Assembly (NCBI GenBank): GCA_030248215.1
Contig: JASANG010001519.1
Span: 124,001 to 188,000 of the forward strand
From: Enoplolaimus lenunculus
Lineage: Eukaryota
Length of the DNA stretch: 64,000 nucleotides
Reading direction: 5' to 3'
Shown here: positions 63,168-64,000 of the stretch, one piece after another
How positions within the stretch are numbered: the stretch's first letter is position 1
How the letters are laid out: each line of letters begins with the position of its first letter
Program-made: the position numbers and the translations under genes
Notes under the pieces: generated by a model
The model's input: only the letters and a program-made list of their open reading frames with translations
Told to the model about the DNA's origin: nothing
The model's database searches: none

Positions 63168-63523
63168 AGTTTTCTCACCCAAACAGAAACGTTTGAATCA
63201 GAACCAATTATATGCGTCACGCAAAAAAGAATGCTACATTTTGATTGGTCCAAAAGACCAAAACCCATTTAAAAGTTACCTCATCTAAAAAGTTTCTGAT
63301 TAAAAATTAATAACATTTAAACCAGCAAAAAATTAGTTTTGGAATGTTTCAAATAATATTCAAAACTTACAATACATTAACTGTTTGAGTTCTGACGCGA
63401 ATGTTGAGCCAACTGAGAACGTAAAGGAATTATCCATCGGTAAAAAAACTACAACTCGGCTTTTTACGCCGCCGCGAATGCCGAGGTTAACATCCGTACC
63501 GTTTAGTGGGCATCCCACTGCCA

Positions 63524-64000
63524 TCACAATAATGACGTCACTATTACGTTTAGATACATTCATAAAACTTAGACCAAATTCTGGTCAGTTCAGGGTAGTG
63601 TTTTATCTGGTTTTACGTGGTCCTCACAATAATGACGTCACTGTTACGTTTAGACACATTCATAAAACTTAGACCAAATTCTGGTCAGTTCAGGGTAGTG
63701 TTTTATCTGGTTTTACGTGGTCCTCACAATAATGACGTCACTGTTACGTTTAGACACATTCATAAAACATAGACCAAATTCTGGTCAGTTCAGGGTAGTG
63801 TTTTATCTGGTTTTACGTGGTCCTCACAATAATGACGTCACTGTTACGTTTAGACACATTCATAAAACTTAGACCAAATTCTGGTCAGTTCAGGGTAGTG
63901 TCTTATCTGGTTTTACGTGGTCCTCACAATAATGACGTCACTGTTACGTTTAGACACATTCATAAAACTTAGACCAAATTCTGGTCAGTTCAGGGTAGTG
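63524..64000. repeat. 100-bp tandem array, at least 4.8 near-identical copies, running off the window end
   Basis: CATAAAAC(T/A)TAGACC at 63561, 63661, 63761, 63861 and 63961. Confidence 0.97.

Overview
AT-rich, intron-rich animal DNA, most likely a nematode: interspersed TTAGGC telomere-type hexamers are abundant, and acceptors are not strictly TTTCAG, which hints at a non-rhabditid lineage (inference). Four protein-coding genes can be assembled by hand with consistent splice phases: (1) a 16-exon oxysterol-binding protein (OSBP/ORP4 type; PH, FFAT-like and ORD domains; + strand, 4735-32486) with a 17.3-kb first intron; (2,3) a head-to-head pair of paralogous 4-exon Sulfotransfer_2 (CHST-like) type II membrane sulfotransferases (- 36306-39162 and + 50298-54269); (4) a small 10-Cys three-finger (Ly6/uPAR-like) gene on the - strand (55437-57553). 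The rest is a degraded non-LTR retrotransposon, at least eight families of MITE-like elements and tandem arrays (units of 175, 100, 27, 23, 20 and 10 bp, plus microsatellites). The most notable observations: a phase-matched alternative first exon inside OSBP intron 1 that replaces the start of the PH domain with a polybasic, Cys-rich N-terminus; GG-terminal MITEs with 8-bp target-site duplications carrying TTAGGC arrays; several MITEs bracketed by 55-145 bp direct duplications; and a 175-bp satellite that looks like the central repeat of a Helentron/DINE-like element. No prokaryotic features or CRISPR array were found.
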